21,377 nucleotides of DNA from Elusimicrobiota bacterium (GTDB lineage: Bacteria > CG03 > SLGR01 > JBDRKX01). The stretch lies in assembly GCA_043813605.1 (NCBI GenBank), contig JBDRKX010000034.1, forward strand, positions 1 to 21,377, in the 5' to 3' direction. Shown here piece by piece: positions 1 to 9,602 of the stretch. Under the pieces are notes generated by a model. That model ran no database searches. It saw only the letters and a program-made list of their open reading frames with translations, and was not told where the DNA came from. Made by a program: the position numbers and the translations under genes. How positions within the stretch are numbered: position 1 is the stretch's first letter; every line of letters begins with the position of its first letter.

Positions 1-1
1 G

Positions 2-541
2 CATATCACGGCGGAACTGAGCGGGCGCGAGATACTGTCGCACGCGTTGTGGTTCGACCTGTATGTAGACGCGTCGCTTGATGACGTTATTACGATGAAT
101 AATTACGTGAGCCGGAAGCTGGCGGGTTACAGTCCGAAGAGTATCCGCGGGGTGCAGGCGGGCGTGGCAGAGGTGCAGGGATATTATCTGGGCGAGCTGC
201 GCAAGGTAGACCCGTCGAAGGCGCACGGCATGGTAGAGGTTAAGGAGCCGAAGGCGCTGGAGAAGAAGAAGAGCGGCATGCACAAGTTCGTGGACATGAT
301 AAGGAACCTCGGGCGCGCGAGCGCGGCGTTACCGGTACTTCCGACGGCGCTTGCGTTGACTGCGGTTGAGGGTAACTTCGACGCGCTGGCGGCTTATGCG
401 CTCGGCGAACAGAGAGCGGCGAGCCTTGTGGAACTGCTGGAGAAACTGGCGAACCAGGTTGAAGACCTGCTCGGCAGCCGTCAGGATGATTCGATACTGG
501 ATGACCTGAACAGTTTCAGGTCCATGATAGAAGCTACGTAA
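2..541 (+). CDS. 3' end of a larger hypothetical protein (starts upstream of the window)
   Basis: The frame of ORF 47..541 is open back to position 2 (HITAELSGREILSHALWFDLY...) and ends at TAA 539-541. GC is roughly 58-62% in lines counted by eye. No recognisable domain. Confidence 0.7.
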   Translation, partial: HITAELSGREILSHALWFDLYVDASLDDVITMNNYVSRKLAGYSPKSIRGVQAGVAEVQGYYLGELRKVDPSKAHGMVEVKEPKALEKKKSGMHKFVDMIRNLGRASAALPVLPTALALTAVEGNFDALAAYALGEQRAASLVELLEKLANQVEDLLGSRQDDSILDDLNSFRSMIEAT

Positions 542-545
542 TATT

Positions 546-588
546 AAAGAAAAGGCAGAATTCTAAAGAAGAGATCTGCGAAAGAAAA
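546..588 (-). terminator. possible weak intrinsic terminator between convergent genes
   Basis: GCAGA (555-559) pairs with TCTGC (575-579) in an imperfect stem. The flanking A-rich tracts read as a U-rich tail on the minus strand. Confidence 0.3.
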
Positions 589-1701
589 TCAGAAAGGAAA
601 ATCATAGCCTTTCAGACTTAATTCGGCTACCAGTTGTTTAATCTCTTCTTGAAGATCGGGACTTAAGGGAACTCCTTTATCCTTTCGTTCGAGCCAGGCT
701 ATATGTTCTTTTTCTCCTGCTGTATATATGCGGTCCTGACCGGGCATTTTCTCAGAATTCCTGAGAGATCTAAGTATATTTCCTGTTATATTCTTAAAAT
801 CTTTAGGATCAGTAAACGCACTGATATCTACAGCAATGAAGAAATGCCCCAGTTTGTACGGGATTTTTTCTCCGCTGCTGTTGAATCCGGAGAGCATCTT
901 CATGAAATTTCCGCTCTGAAGAGCAGCTGATAGGATTTCGACTACGGCAGCATATCCGTATCCTTTGTAGCCTGCTGTATCTTCACCTATACCGCCAAGC
1001 GGGACAAGCGCGGAATTTCCATCGATAAGGTCTTTGAGTATCTTAACAGAATCAGTTTCAGTTTTACCGTCTTTATTTATAACCCAGCCTCCGGGGATAT
1101 CTTCTCCTTTTCTGGCATAGGTTTCAATCTTGCCTCTCTGGCTTACGGAGGTGGCACAGTCAAGAAGAAACGGGAAATCCTCATCAGTAGGCATACCGAA
1201 TGTCAACGGGTTAGTACCCAGCATATTTTCAGTACCGAAAGTGGGAGCGATGGACGGCCGTGCGTTAGTTCCGGTGATACCGATCATATCCCGTTCAGTA
1301 GCCATCAATGCATAATATCCGGCTATACCGTAGTGAGTGGAGTTCCTGGCTGCTACCATTCCTATGCCGAATTCCGCCGCTTTATTTATGGCTATTTCCA
1401 TTGATTTTTTTGAGATCACCTGTCCCATGCCGTTATGTCCGTCAACAACGGCTATGGCCGCTTTGTCCCGGATGATCTCGAATTCGGTTACGGGTTCCTG
1501 GATACCGATCTTGATACGGTCATAATAGATCCGTTTTAAACGGTTTATCCCGTGTGAATCGATTCCCAGTTTGTCGGCCTTTATAAGCACATCAGCGCAT
1601 ATTTCTGCGTCCTGTTCCGGAACACCGACTCCCATCAGGACATCCTTCATGAAGTTTTCCATTATGCTGAAAGGGACCCATACAATTTTGCTGTTATTCA
1701 T
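589..1701 (-). CDS. Ldh_2 family (malate/L-lactate/L-sulfolactate/ureidoglycolate dehydrogenase-type) NAD(P)-dependent oxidoreductase
   Basis: Family motifs GIDSHG, DGHNGMG, NSTHYG, LGTNPL, LDCATS and GYKGYG. AAAGGAGA SD upstream on the minus strand. Substrate not determinable. Confidence 0.92.
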   Translation of the reverse strand: MNNSKIVWVPFSIMENFMKDVLMGVGVPEQDAEICADVLIKADKLGIDSHGINRLKRIYYDRIKIGIQEPVTEFEIIRDKAAIAVVDGHNGMGQVISKKSMEIAINKAAEFGIGMVAARNSTHYGIAGYYALMATERDMIGITGTNARPSIAPTFGTENMLGTNPLTFGMPTDEDFPFLLDCATSVSQRGKIETYARKGEDIPGGWVINKDGKTETDSVKILKDLIDGNSALVPLGGIGEDTAGYKGYGYAAVVEILSAALQSGNFMKMLSGFNSSGEKIPYKLGHFFIAVDISAFTDPKDFKNITGNILRSLRNSEKMPGQDRIYTAGEKEHIAWLERKDKGVPLSPDLQEEIKQLVAELSLKGYDFPF

Positions 1702-1801
1702 AATATCTCCTTTATTAATATGTATGATTATTATATGAATTTAAAATATATTTTTAAACCTTTCACATAATTACATTATTGGACCGCGGCGCATGTTTTT
1801 T

Positions 1802-1830
1802 TTGCAGTGTTTGTAATAGATTAATATAAT
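1802..1830 (+). promoter_or_regulatory. putative sigma70 promoter
   Basis: TTGCAG-N17-TATAAT upstream of the TMTC-like gene. Confidence 0.5.
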
Positions 1831-1870
1831 TTGGATAATTGGAGTGTATTTTATTAGTGATGAATGTAAA

Positions 1871-3847
1871 ATGAATGAAAATTACTCATATGAAGGTTTT
1901 GTAGATATCAAACGACTGATCGTATCTGTCATACTGCTCTTGTTCCTGATCCTGACACTTTACGGCGGTTCCCTGAGATCTCCTTTTATTTTTGACGATA
2001 TAAGGAAAATAAAGGAGAATCCGGATATAAAGAAAATAACCAACCTTCCGGCAAGTCTTGTCTATCCGTTTGATAAGGATGTAAAGGTTTACCGCAGGAA
2101 CGAACCGTCAAGGCCTCTTGTATATCTCACATATACACTAAACTACCATTTCGGAAAACTTGACCCGGCCGGATACCGTCTTTTTAATATGATTATGCAT
2201 TTTCTGACATCCGTATTGGTATTTATTCTTGCCGTGCAGATATTCTCTTATTTCCTGCATAGAAAGGAGGTATGGCTCTTATCATTTTTCAGTGCGGTGC
2301 TATTCGCCGTACATCCCCTTAATACAGATGCTGTAACATATATATTCGGCCGTTCGAGCATCCTTGTTACATTCTTTTACTTATTATCATTGCTGTTTTT
2401 TATTAGAACATTCACACAACATAGGAAAAATCACATTGCTTCAGTTGTTTTTTGTCTTTTGGCTTTTTGTTCGAAAGAAACTGCCGTAACTCTCCCTCTT
2501 GTATTTTTAATAGCTGATTATTTTTTGATAAGCAGGAATAATGTAAAGAGAGTATTGAATAGAACAATGATCCATATGCCATACTGGATCATCCTGGGCA
2601 TCTACCTGGTGTACAAGCATTTTTACATAGGGGGGATATTTGAGAAGGGTACGGCCAGGGGCGTTTCAGGTATTTTATATTTAGCGGCGCAACCGTTTGC
2701 TCTGCTTAAATATATCAGGCTGCTTCTGTTCCCGGCCGGATATTCGCTTGATCATGTGATAAAGCTGCCGGATACAGTGTTCGGATTATCTGTCATGATC
2801 CCTTTTGCAATGATCCTTATATCTGCAGCATCTGTTTATCTGGTGTGCAGGAGAAAAACAAAAACTTCTGAGATAGTACTCTTTGGTATACTATGGTTCC
2901 TTATAACGATCTTGCCTACTGCGAATTTTATTTTTATTAATCAGGTAATTGCCGAAAGACGCATGTATCTTTCAGGCATCGGTATTTATATAATTGTCAT
3001 AACAGTTATATATCGGTTAGCAGGACAAATAGGCGAGAGGATGAAAATCGGGAAAAGCCATATAGCGGTCCTGTTTTTTGTTTTATATACAGTTTTTTTT
3101 GGTGCTGTAACTTATGGAAGGAACCGGCTTTACAAAGACCCTGTTCTAATATGGCAGGATGTAACGTCCAGGTACGCGAACAGTATCAGGGCACACAATA
3201 ACCTTGGAAACCTTTATCTTGAGCGCGCTGAATATGAAAAAGCATCAGAGGAATTTAAAAAAGCTCTCGACATCGACCCGCGGGATGCAATAATACGTAA
3301 TAACCTGGGGTTATTATATAGTAAGACCGGCCGGCCGGAAGACGCAATGAATGAGTATACTAAAGCAGCCATGTATGATCCGCATTTTGCAGAACCGTAT
3401 TATAATATGGGAAACCTTTATTCTGTCCGGAAAAGTTATGAGATGAGTTTAAAATCATATGAAAAAGCTGTAATGATAAATCCCCGTTATGCTGACGCGT
3501 ATTACAATCTCGGGAACCTGCTGAAGGATCAAAAAGATTATGGAAGGGCAGCACAAGAATACCGGCGGACCGTGATGCTGGATCCTGAATATGCAAAAGC
3601 ATATATTAATCTGGGTAATCTCTATGCTATGCGCGGTGATTATCAGAAAGCTTTCAAAGAATATAATAATGCTCTGGCAGCAGCTCCGGAAACAAAGGGT
3701 GTACATTTTAATCTTGGAAAGCTGTATCTTAAAGTAAAGAACTATCAACTGGCCCGGGAGGAGATGGAGAAAGCTCTTCTTATTGACCCTGATAATCAGC
3801 TTATAGTTGACAAAATAAACGCAATCCGGAATATAAAGCCTGAATAA
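1871..3847 (+). CDS. TMTC-like transmembrane and TPR-repeat protein (GT-C fold, putative protein O-mannosyltransferase)
   Basis: N-terminal FIFDD acidic motif, RPL, LFAVHPLNTDAVTYIFGRS, SKETAV and IAERRMYL motifs. Multiple TM segments, then about 6 TPR repeats (AHNNLG, PYYNMG, AYYNLG, AYINLG, VHFNLG). Start is ATG 1871 or GTG 1844. Confidence 0.85.
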   Translation: MNENYSYEGFVDIKRLIVSVILLLFLILTLYGGSLRSPFIFDDIRKIKENPDIKKITNLPASLVYPFDKDVKVYRRNEPSRPLVYLTYTLNYHFGKLDPAGYRLFNMIMHFLTSVLVFILAVQIFSYFLHRKEVWLLSFFSAVLFAVHPLNTDAVTYIFGRSSILVTFFYLLSLLFFIRTFTQHRKNHIASVVFCLLAFCSKETAVTLPLVFLIADYFLISRNNVKRVLNRTMIHMPYWIILGIYLVYKHFYIGGIFEKGTARGVSGILYLAAQPFALLKYIRLLLFPAGYSLDHVIKLPDTVFGLSVMIPFAMILISAASVYLVCRRKTKTSEIVLFGILWFLITILPTANFIFINQVIAERRMYLSGIGIYIIVITVIYRLAGQIGERMKIGKSHIAVLFFVLYTVFFGAVTYGRNRLYKDPVLIWQDVTSRYANSIRAHNNLGNLYLERAEYEKASEEFKKALDIDPRDAIIRNNLGLLYSKTGRPEDAMNEYTKAAMYDPHFAEPYYNMGNLYSVRKSYEMSLKSYEKAVMINPRYADAYYNLGNLLKDQKDYGRAAQEYRRTVMLDPEYAKAYINLGNLYAMRGDYQKAFKEYNNALAAAPETKGVHFNLGKLYLKVKNYQLAREEMEKALLIDPDNQLIVDKINAIRNIKPE

Positions 3848-3891
3848 ACACCCTGTTGAAATACATTTCTTTTTTACAGATTATAAAAAAC

Positions 3892-3919
3892 TTGACATAT
3901 TATAATTATTATATATAAT
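3892..3919 (+). promoter_or_regulatory. consensus sigma70 promoter
   Basis: TTGACA (3892-3897)-N16-TATAAT (3914-3919), about 140 nt upstream of the receiver gene. Confidence 0.65.
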
Positions 3920-4061
3920 GAAATTGTGATATATTCACAGTTTATTAACAAGTTATTGCAGTTATCAACAATTTATCTCAGTTGAATAAATGTGCAATAC
4001 ACGCGTAATAGAGGGTAGTATGTCTGAAGTAACAGATATCCGGTAAAACGGGCGGTAAAAA

Positions 4062-4442
4062 ATGTCAAGAAAGATACTTATTGTCGATGATGAATACTCG
4101 ATGCTCTCAATGCTGAAGATGATAGTAGAGATGCGCGAGTTCACAGCAGTAACTGCGAAAAACGGGAGAGAGGCGCTGGATATAGTTGAGAAGGAACAGC
4201 CTGACCTTATCATGCTAGATCTGATGATGCCTGTAATGGACGGCTTTCAGGTTTTGGAAGCTCTAAAGCAGAATGATGCAACAAAAGGGATACCTGTTGT
4301 TATAGTATCTGCTCAGAAAGATGAGAAAGACATAAATAGAGCCTACAATCTGGGAGCTGCCGATTACGTTGTAAAAGGCGGTCATCCACGCAACTATCTG
4401 GATATGATAGAGCGGCATCTCCTTTGTGCCGAACAATACTGA
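4062..4442 (+). CDS. stand-alone response regulator receiver (CheY-like)
   Basis: ILIVDDE, LDLMMP (phospho-Asp), DGF, VSA and GAADYVVK motifs; no output domain. Confidence 0.93.
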   Translation: MSRKILIVDDEYSMLSMLKMIVEMREFTAVTAKNGREALDIVEKEQPDLIMLDLMMPVMDGFQVLEALKQNDATKGIPVVIVSAQKDEKDINRAYNLGAADYVVKGGHPRNYLDMIERHLLCAEQY

Positions 4443-4503
4443 TACCTGTTCAGTAAACAGCAGTTATAAGCTTATTCGGGATTTGACTTCTTTTTCAGAG
4501 AGG

Positions 4504-6348
4504 TCAGACAATTAGATATAATTGCAGCATTTTTTTATCATCGGTCATTATTGCTGCTCTCAATGCTTTTCTGTAATATTCGGCAGCCAGATCTGTTTTA
4601 CCTTTCATTCTTGAAATATCCGCTCTCAATGCTGTCAATTGAGGTTCATGAGGATACAATCTTATTGCATTGTCCAGCAATTGACCTGCATTTGCATAGT
4701 CCTTTCTGTTGATGTAAAGTAACGATAGATTTGCTGAAACAAGCGGAAAATCACTCCATATATCGAGCGCCTTTTTGAATCTCTCTTCAGCTTCATTGAA
4801 TTTTTTCTGTTTCAAAAAAGTGATACCAAACGAGTATTCCTTCCATGCTTTGATAAAATCACTGTTCTTTATTATTTTCCAAACAGCTACATCTTCTTTT
4901 ATGTTTTTGTAAACAGGTTTAAACCTGTTTACATCGCTGAGGAAAACACGTGTTTTACGGGATTGTTCATGGTGTATTGAATAATCCGAAGAAGTCTGGA
5001 CATCACTCACCGAGAAATACGCAACGTAATCGAAACCTGAAGAAAGCAGGTACATATAAAATTCATCGCGGGATGAGAACATTATCCGGTATATCATTCT
5101 GCGTTTAGTATTGAAATAGAACCTGTCCGGATAATTACCGAAGAACAAGGAAGCATCATCTGTATTTTTTATTATCCATTTAAAACTTGCAAACGGTTTT
5201 GAAGGCGTATTTACCGTCTGAGAAAGGCCGCCCGGGGAAGTACTCAGGAGTATCCTGGCATCAGCCTGAAGATATATGATAAGAATTATTATCGTTAGCG
5301 CACGGAAGAAGGTTTTGCTGAACCTGCTCATTCCACATACAAAATAATATAAGAGAAACGGCAGTACGGGCACCAGATACCTGATAGAAACATTTATCCA
5401 GAATATATGAAAAAGTATATGAAGTATAACATAGATACCTATGGGTACCATATGCGGTGTTTTTTTCTGTTTAAAAAAACCATATACAGTAACAGCAAGA
5501 ACAGAGAGAGCCAGCAGAAAGATAAGTATGTTGTCAGTGTGAAAGTTCTCCAGCCATTGTCTGTTTAGATTGAGCAGCCCCCTGAGGGTGCCTGATTTGA
5601 AGTAGAAGGCAGTATTGCTTAGGAGAGATCCGAAAATAGGGATATTGGAGTATGTACTTCTGGCTTCCAATATATATTTAATTGCCGGATTTGCAGACAA
5701 AGAGGTTTTTGTATATATGAGCGGAATGGACATTAAAATGGAAAAACAGGAAAAATACAGCAGTTCCCTGGTTTTTTTTGCGCATAGCAAATATATAAAT
5801 ACTGAAGCAAATAATAGTATACCCTGTGTTTTTATATATATGGAAGACAACACGGCAAAGGAAAGTAGAAAAACAGCAAAGACAGGCGCATGTATTCTTT
5901 TTAAACTGTATTGTAAAATTATAAGCACCAGAAAAATCATAAACAAATACGGTATTTCTGACATGACATCACCGCTGAAAATGACCGACAGGGCGTTAAA
6001 GCACACTAATCCGGTAAGAACAAGGAGAGCTTCAGGTTCAAGAAGATCTCTCATGAAAAAGAACACAAAAAATGGTATGGCGAGCATGAAGATAAGTGAC
6101 GGTATTCGTAATGCTGTATCACTTTCGGGAAAAAGTTTTGCAAAAGGGGCAAGAATAAGAGGATAACCAACGGGTCTTTCTGACAGCCCGGATGCAAACT
6201 CTGTGATGCCGGCAAAGTAGCGGGCGGTATTGGCATACCTTGCGTCGTCATTATAATATCCGATATAATTGAAATCGAGTGTTAAAATATATAATAAGAC
6301 AGTTAATAGAATAATTAAGAGGAATATTGTCGTATACTTTTTGGTCAT
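4504..6348 (-). CDS. GT-C (ArnT/PMT_2/GT39-like) membrane glycosyltransferase with C-terminal TPRs
   Basis: YNDDARY after TM1, RPVGYPLIL, VMSEIPY and RYLVPVLP motifs. About 10 or more TM segments, then C-terminal TPR-like repeats (EAEERFKKAL, ANLSLLY, LAAEYYRKAL). Confidence 0.8.
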   Translation of the reverse strand: MTKKYTTIFLLIILLTVLLYILTLDFNYIGYYNDDARYANTARYFAGITEFASGLSERPVGYPLILAPFAKLFPESDTALRIPSLIFMLAIPFFVFFFMRDLLEPEALLVLTGLVCFNALSVIFSGDVMSEIPYLFMIFLVLIILQYSLKRIHAPVFAVFLLSFAVLSSIYIKTQGILLFASVFIYLLCAKKTRELLYFSCFSILMSIPLIYTKTSLSANPAIKYILEARSTYSNIPIFGSLLSNTAFYFKSGTLRGLLNLNRQWLENFHTDNILIFLLALSVLAVTVYGFFKQKKTPHMVPIGIYVILHILFHIFWINVSIRYLVPVLPFLLYYFVCGMSRFSKTFFRALTIIILIIYLQADARILLSTSPGGLSQTVNTPSKPFASFKWIIKNTDDASLFFGNYPDRFYFNTKRRMIYRIMFSSRDEFYMYLLSSGFDYVAYFSVSDVQTSSDYSIHHEQSRKTRVFLSDVNRFKPVYKNIKEDVAVWKIIKNSDFIKAWKEYSFGITFLKQKKFNEAEERFKKALDIWSDFPLVSANLSLLYINRKDYANAGQLLDNAIRLYPHEPQLTALRADISRMKGKTDLAAEYYRKALRAAIMTDDKKMLQLYLIV

Positions 6349-6399
6349 AATAGATAAATAAAAATAATCTTTTTTTCAGATTCAGCCGGGCATAAAGTT

Positions 6400-6471
6400 A
6401 TTTTATGTATACTTTTATGAATGTCAATTATGAAGAGAGTTATTGACATTTATAATTACAAGTTCTATATT
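6400..6471. promoter_or_regulatory. back-to-back divergent sigma70 promoters
   Basis: Plus strand: TTGACA (6443-6448)-N17-TATATT (6466-6471). Minus strand: TTGACA (6427-6422)-N16-TAAAAT (6405-6400). Confidence 0.55.
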
Positions 6472-6507
6472 TCTAATTATAGGAATGAATGTTAAAAGGA
6501 GACAGAA

Positions 6508-7374
6508 ATGAGGATATTGAAACTGATTATTGTTGTACTTATCTTTCCTGCAGCGCTCTATGCCGCCCGTCCCGGAATAGCTGTTATGGATCTGGAGGAC
6601 AAATCGGGTTACCATGGAGCCGATATCGGGAGCGGTATGGCGGATATGCTTGTGACAGGGCTTGTAGAAACTAAGAAATTTAAAGTGATCGAGAGGGAAG
6701 CGTTAAAGAAGGTGCTGGCGGAACAGTCCCTTGGTATGAGCGGAGCAGTCACACCTCAGACGGCAGCCAGGGTAGGGAAGATCCTTGGAGTTCAATATAT
6801 TGTTACCGGCAGTGTTACCGAATACGGGCGCCAGAAAGGCGGTGCGGGTGCTTTCGGTGTGGGTGTAAAAAAACAGACTGCCAGAACTGCGATGGATATA
6901 CGCGTAATAGATACCGAGACAGCCGAGATAGTAGCTGCTGTTTCCGGAAAAGGAGAAAAAACATCATCGTCACTTAAAATAGCCAATGCCGATATCCTTC
7001 CGACAGATGTGAAACTGGGAAGCGATTCTTACAATTCTACACTTGAGGGCAAGGCTGTAAGGGAGGCTGTAGAGCAGGTCACAAAACAGCTTGTCAGGCA
7101 ATTCGGCGGTACTCCCAGCAGTACTGTGGTAAAAGTATCCGAAGACACGATATATATAAGCGGAGGCGCGGATTCGGGGATTGAAGAGGGAGACAGTTTC
7201 ACTATTATCCGAAAAGGAGAATCTCTGATCGACCCTGAAACCGGTGAAGACCTGGGCAGTGAAGATAAGATCGTCGGAGAGATAAAAATATTCGAAGTTC
7301 TTGAAAAGATGTCCAAGGCGAGAATAACAAAAGGGTCGGGTATCGTCAGGGGAGATAAAGCAAAAAAGAATTAG
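6508..7374 (+). CDS. CsgG/HfaB-family periplasmic protein with FlgT-like C-terminal domain
   Basis: Signal peptide ending AALYA. IAVMDLE, GMADMLVTGL, FKVIERE, EQSLG, GKILGVQYIVTGSVTEYG and DIRVIDTETAEI motifs. C-terminal G-x3-GI-x2-GD...IDPETGEDLG pattern. AAAGGAG SD. Confidence 0.85.
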   Translation: MRILKLIIVVLIFPAALYAARPGIAVMDLEDKSGYHGADIGSGMADMLVTGLVETKKFKVIEREALKKVLAEQSLGMSGAVTPQTAARVGKILGVQYIVTGSVTEYGRQKGGAGAFGVGVKKQTARTAMDIRVIDTETAEIVAAVSGKGEKTSSSLKIANADILPTDVKLGSDSYNSTLEGKAVREAVEQVTKQLVRQFGGTPSSTVVKVSEDTIYISGGADSGIEEGDSFTIIRKGESLIDPETGEDLGSEDKIVGEIKIFEVLEKMSKARITKGSGIVRGDKAKKN

Positions 7375-7479
7375 GCGGTATAAAAGGCTGCTGTTTCTTT
7401 ACGGGCAATAGTTTTTGCTGTCAATAACATTATTGTCTAGATGTGAAGGATCCGGTTTGGAAAGATCCTGAAGATTCAA

Positions 7480-9552
7480 ATGAAAAAATCTATCCCAATA
7501 ACTTTCACTATGAGTATATTGATGTTGTTGTCATCCTTGTCAATGAGTCATATCTCTTATGCAGACACCTCTGTATACATAGAACAGGAACTCTGGAAGA
7601 ATGGGAACACCGAAGTATTACTTGAATTCTATGGAGAAGGTAAGGGGTCCGGGGATTTTTACGCACATGTTAACCGTGGAGCTTTGTACCGCTCTATCTC
7701 TGATTATAAATCGGCAATAACTGAGTATGAAAGATATTTATTATCGGGGAAAATATCTGAAATGGAACAGAGATCCGTATATTTACCGCTTGCCGAATCA
7801 TATTATTATTCGGCAAGGTACAAAGATGCAGAAAAATATTTCAGAAAAATATTGAAATTAGATCCCCGTCTGCCGGGTGCATTATTCGGAATAGGGAGAA
7901 CCCTGTTCTCGATGAACCGGCTTGATGAAGCGGAAAGTTACCTTATGCGGGCTATCGATGTAACGCCTGGATTTCAGGGGAATTATATATACCTTGCAAG
8001 GATCCGGGAGAAAAAAGGCCTGCTCAATGAAGCTGCGCTTTATTACAGAACTGCCATAAAGAAAGATTCGCACCATATTGAGATACGATATGCACTCGGA
8101 AATGTTTATGAAGAACAGAACCTTAAAGAAAAAGCGTATATGGAATATCACCGCATATTGAATACAGATTCAGAAAACGGGATAGTCGGCCGGCGGGCAG
8201 ACAGGATACTGACTGAATTGGCGAAAAAACCGGAAGATATGATAAGACCGAAGAAGCTTGAAAAATTTTGCCGTATAAGAGTACTGGATGCCCCCGCAGA
8301 GGTCCCGATTGTAAGGATCGGGTTGAATACAAGCTCCAGCGGCCGGATGAATCCTTTTGATAAAATAAATTTGCTTACAAATTGTACGTTCAAAATACTT
8401 TCATCTTCAGGGCTGTGTTTTGAGGGCAGGGCTGAAGTCGAATATCTTATTCTAATGAAAAATGGCCGGGCTGTTATAAGTTATCATGATTCTCCGGGAG
8501 TAATGCTTCCTCAACAATTTGCCATTGAACTTGATGATACCGTAAATGGTTCGATGATCCTCAGAAATATCCATTTTGGTAAAGGATTTGCCTGGGGAGG
8601 AATAGAAGACCGGCAGTACAGGCGTAAACTCGATGTGACAGCGGATAAAGACGGTTTTAGAGTTGTTAATGAGATCAAACTGGAAGAATATCTCTATGGT
8701 GTTGTGCCTTCTGAGATGATGGTCTCTTATCCGCAGGAAGCCCTTAAGGCTCAGGCGGTAATAGCCAGGAGTTATGCGCTTTACAGGAAAAAACATGTAA
8801 GACCCCACATGAAAAACGGTTTTGATCTTTGCGACAGTCAGCATTGCCAGGTATACAAGGGAGTTTCAAATGAATGGAAAAAGACCAATGATGTGGTCGA
8901 TGCGACCCGCGGTGAGATATTAAAGCATAATAAGAGGATCGTAGATCCTCTGTTTCATTCAAACTGCGGCGGGCATACGGTTTCTTCAGGTGAACTCAGC
9001 GGATGGGGTTCGGTATCCTATCTGACGGGTAAAGTTGACGGTGATGAGAACATAGTATATCCTGCCAGTCCTGCCGGTTTTGAAGATTGGCTTAAATCAA
9101 AACCCGATGCATACTGTAACATTCCACTTTACGGCGGGGAATCGGAGTTAAGGTGGTTCAGGATAATACCGGCAGGATTACTTGAAGAAAAGCTTAACCG
9201 AAAAAAAAGAATTGGCCGTATAAAGATGATTTCCGTAAAAAAAAGATGCAGTTCCGGTCATGCAGCTTATATCTATATTCAGGGAACAGAGGGAGATCTG
9301 ACAATAGAGCGTGAACATAAAATACGCAGGCTGCTTGGGATCGGGCCTATCAGGAGTACTCTTTTCTGGATAGAGACAAAATTCGGTTCAGACGGATTGC
9401 CTGAGGAATTTATACTTTACGGCGGAGGCTGGGGACACGGTGTGGGCATGTGCCAGGACGGCGCAGCCGGTATGGCCGCCCGGGGGCTGTTATATGATGC
9501 TATTCTGGAACACTATTACATGAATACATATATAGAAAAACTGACATATTAA
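7480..9552 (+). CDS. SpoIID/LytB domain protein (peptidoglycan lytic transglycosylase family) with N-terminal TPRs
   Basis: VNEIKLEEYLYGVVPSEM, EALKAQAVIARSYA, DLCDSQHCQVY, FHSNCGGHT and GWGHGVGMCQDGA...ILEHYY motifs. Signal peptide and about 5 TPRs. Confidence 0.92.
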   Translation: MKKSIPITFTMSILMLLSSLSMSHISYADTSVYIEQELWKNGNTEVLLEFYGEGKGSGDFYAHVNRGALYRSISDYKSAITEYERYLLSGKISEMEQRSVYLPLAESYYYSARYKDAEKYFRKILKLDPRLPGALFGIGRTLFSMNRLDEAESYLMRAIDVTPGFQGNYIYLARIREKKGLLNEAALYYRTAIKKDSHHIEIRYALGNVYEEQNLKEKAYMEYHRILNTDSENGIVGRRADRILTELAKKPEDMIRPKKLEKFCRIRVLDAPAEVPIVRIGLNTSSSGRMNPFDKINLLTNCTFKILSSSGLCFEGRAEVEYLILMKNGRAVISYHDSPGVMLPQQFAIELDDTVNGSMILRNIHFGKGFAWGGIEDRQYRRKLDVTADKDGFRVVNEIKLEEYLYGVVPSEMMVSYPQEALKAQAVIARSYALYRKKHVRPHMKNGFDLCDSQHCQVYKGVSNEWKKTNDVVDATRGEILKHNKRIVDPLFHSNCGGHTVSSGELSGWGSVSYLTGKVDGDENIVYPASPAGFEDWLKSKPDAYCNIPLYGGESELRWFRIIPAGLLEEKLNRKKRIGRIKMISVKKRCSSGHAAYIYIQGTEGDLTIEREHKIRRLLGIGPIRSTLFWIETKFGSDGLPEEFILYGGGWGHGVGMCQDGAAGMAARGLLYDAILEHYYMNTYIEKLTY

Positions 9553-9563
9553 TTGAATATAGA

Positions 9564-9593
9564 TTGCTCCTCTATCATGTAAATTGCTATACT
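9564..9593 (+). promoter_or_regulatory. putative extended -10 promoter, implying a near-leaderless transcript
   Basis: TTGCTC-N18-TATACT with TG at 9585-9586; ATG follows at 9603. Confidence 0.45.
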
Positions 9594-9602
9594 ATTTAAG
9601 GT

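Noticed and set aside
5615..6166. 183-aa plus-strand ORF
   Set aside because: Antisense shadow of the hydrophobic GT-C gene.
6420..6450. AATGTCAAT-N13-ATTGACATT inverted repeat as a transcription-factor operator
   Set aside because: More simply explained by two back-to-back TTGACA -35 boxes of divergent promoters.
6508..7374. CsgG as curli system or as the secretion pore for the fibre
   Set aside because: No curlin repeats or csgE/F, no lipobox, a separate transcription unit, and no evidence linking it to the operon.
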